A DNA stretch of 64,000 nucleotides from Candidatus Doudnabacteria bacterium. GTDB lineage: Bacteria > Patescibacteriota > Doudnabacteria > UBA920 > O2-02-FULL-48-8. Position 1 is the stretch's first letter, and each line of letters starts with the position of its first letter. The notes beneath the pieces were generated by a model. That model had not been told where the DNA came from. It saw only the letters and a list, made by a program, of their open reading frames with translations, and did no database searches. The translations under genes and the position numbers were made by a program. Location of the stretch: NCBI GenBank assembly GCA_037200925.1, contig JBBCGO010000001.1, positions 73,552-137,551 of the forward strand, read 5' to 3'. Shown here in pieces: positions 63,090 to 64,000 of the stretch.

Positions 63090-63357
63090 AAGCATTTTGC
63101 TATAAGGATTTACGGCCAAGTGCAGGGGATAAATTTTCGTTGGAACGCCCGGAAGCAGGCGGAAAAATTAAAGATCACCGGCTATGTCAAAAACCTGCCG
63201 GACGGCTCAGTTTTGCTGGAAGCGGAAGGAGAGCCGGCAGGCCTCGCAGAACTGGTTAAATGGTGCAAAAAAGGCCCTTGGCTGGCAAAAGTGGGGGTCT
63301 GTGGAGGTTGTTGAAGGGCCGATCCTGGGTTATAATAATTTTGAAATTAAATCTTGA
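63090..63357 (+). CDS. acyP: Acylphosphatase; C-terminus restored by removing one G from the G5 run at 63293..63297
   Basis: 'IYGQVQGINFRWNARKQAEKLKITGYVKNLPDGSVLLEAEG'. The as-given frame ends 'KVGVCGGC*'. The corrected frame gives 'KVGSVEVVEGPILGYNNFEIKS*', a typical acylphosphatase C-terminus. Confidence 0.75.
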
Positions 63358-63359
63358 AC

Positions 63360-63769
63360 ATGAAACAAAACATCAAAAGGCCTATTTATTTGATCGCGTT
63401 CACTTTTTTGGGATTTTTGCTGGGATTATTGATCGAAGCCATAGTCGAGTTTTATTATACAACCCTGCTCTTGGCGGACTTCAACCGCTACAGCTTTGGT
63501 TTGAGCTGGGCGGATCTGACCCAGATCCGGGATTTTTTTGCGGTGCTGGTCTTCCTCGCAAGCGCTTGGTGGGGATACCGCGCAGGCATATATTGGTGGC
63601 ATCAAATTTACGAACTAAATAAGTACGGGAGCAAGCAATGGTTTAAAAGGGACTACACGAAAAAACTGGGTTTGGTTTACGTGATCGCGATAATCGCGGC
63701 AATCCTTTTCGTTTATGTAAGCTCAAACAGCGAACTTACAGGAAATAATCCCGCTAAATATATCAACAA
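63360..63769 (+). CDS. Hypothetical 4-TM membrane protein
   Basis: ATG 63360 (MKQNIKRPIY). The ORF track runs to 63833, overlapping the next gene by 60 nt, so the true 3' end is uncertain. Confidence 0.4.
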
Positions 63770-64000
63770 CCATGAAAATCACCAGCACTTCGTTTACCGA
63801 GGGGGGCAATATTCCCGAAAAATATACCTGTAAAAATCCCAATCCTGTCAATCCGGAATTGAAATTTTCCGGGGTGCCGCTTGAGACGAAAAGTCTGGCT
63901 TTGGTCCTGCATGATCCTGATGCGCCGGTAGCCGGCGGATTTACGCACTGGGTAGTTTATGACATGCCGCCCCAGACCCGGATGATCGCGGAAAATTCCG
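63770..64000 (+). CDS. YbhB/YbcL (PEBP-family) protein, 3' end truncated by the window edge
   Basis: 'MKITSTSFTEGGNIPEKYTC...LALVLHDPDAPVAGGFTHWVVYDMPP' carries the PEBP signature DPDAP...HW. Confidence 0.75.

Noticed and set aside
63354-63833. The 159-aa ORF extending 60 nt into the PEBP gene
   Set aside because: The 3' extension overlaps the well-supported PEBP start (MKITSTSF...). The membrane protein probably ends earlier, or the overlap reflects another homopolymer indel, with a G6 run at 63801. I kept it as a low-confidence CDS ending at 63769.
1-64000. Mobile-element hallmarks: transposase, integrase, tRNA-flanked island, long inverted repeats
   Set aside because: I recognised none. 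The tRNA-Gln at 52270 has no adjacent integrase or direct repeat. The GC-rich cassettes lack identifiable recombinase genes, so I report them as a compositional pattern rather than as mobile elements.

Overview
This 64-kb window comes from a small-genome bacterium with about 43-47% GC. The gene content is compatible with a Patescibacteria/CPR-like lineage: SecA, SecD/SecF, MurG/MurC, H+-pyrophosphatase, a compact MetK, a glycine-rich RRM protein, a TrmB regulator and very few biosynthetic genes. That assignment is inference only. I call about 70 CDS and one tRNA-Gln(CUG). I found no rRNA, CRISPR array, transposase or integrase.

The left 19 kb is an accessory 'secretome island' with three parts:
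- A divergent two-gene module is present twice: an SGNH/GDSL hydrolase on the minus strand and a secreted protein on the plus strand. The secreted protein has a cupredoxin-like domain fused to a ~340-aa His/Cys-rich domain. A third copy has the two domains split into adjacent genes in the opposite order, and sits in a translationally coupled operon with a TPR protein and a BshA-like GT4.
- Three tandem two-gene modules follow. Each pairs a small N-terminally anchored membrane protein with a large secreted Cys-rich protein. The large protein carries a 15-bp/5-aa (S-Y-Y-S-Q) tandem-repeat array followed by Fn3-like and DUF11-like domains. Two of the large genes share a ~1-kb, ~99%-identical 3' half.
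- A DsbA-like oxidoreductase sits inside this array.

The rest of the window holds:
- an envelope glycan / peptidoglycan block (polyprenyl-P sugar transferase, two GT4, MurG, patatin, MurC) and HPF;
- a polyamine cluster (PLP decarboxylase, DHS-like, agmatinase) with a structured leader;
- SecA, SecD and SecF;
- a strongly promoted operon of a sigma70-region-4 protein, a membrane protein and a VirD4/TraG-like ATPase;
- TrmB, MnmA, H+-PPase and YbaB;
- an extracytosolic flavinylation cluster (FMN-binding protein with an SGAT motif, ApbE, and a polytopic membrane protein fused to an FNR-like domain);
- a eukaryote-type (type II) glutamine synthetase broken by three frameshifts, and a DEAD-box helicase broken by two;
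- GT2 and GT-C glycosyltransferases, and SIMPL, CYTH, acylphosphatase and PEBP proteins.

Two cross-cutting signals stand out. First, at least nine small GC-rich (52-60%) single-gene cassettes each have a strong GGAGG ribosome-binding site and are followed by a hairpin plus a C-interrupted T-tract (TTTTCTTTTT-type). Second, at least ten frameshifts fall in homopolymer runs (SecF, GS x3, DEAD x2, acylphosphatase, the C39-like start and others). These look more like homopolymer sequencing errors than real pseudogenes, but I cannot decide that from the sequence alone.
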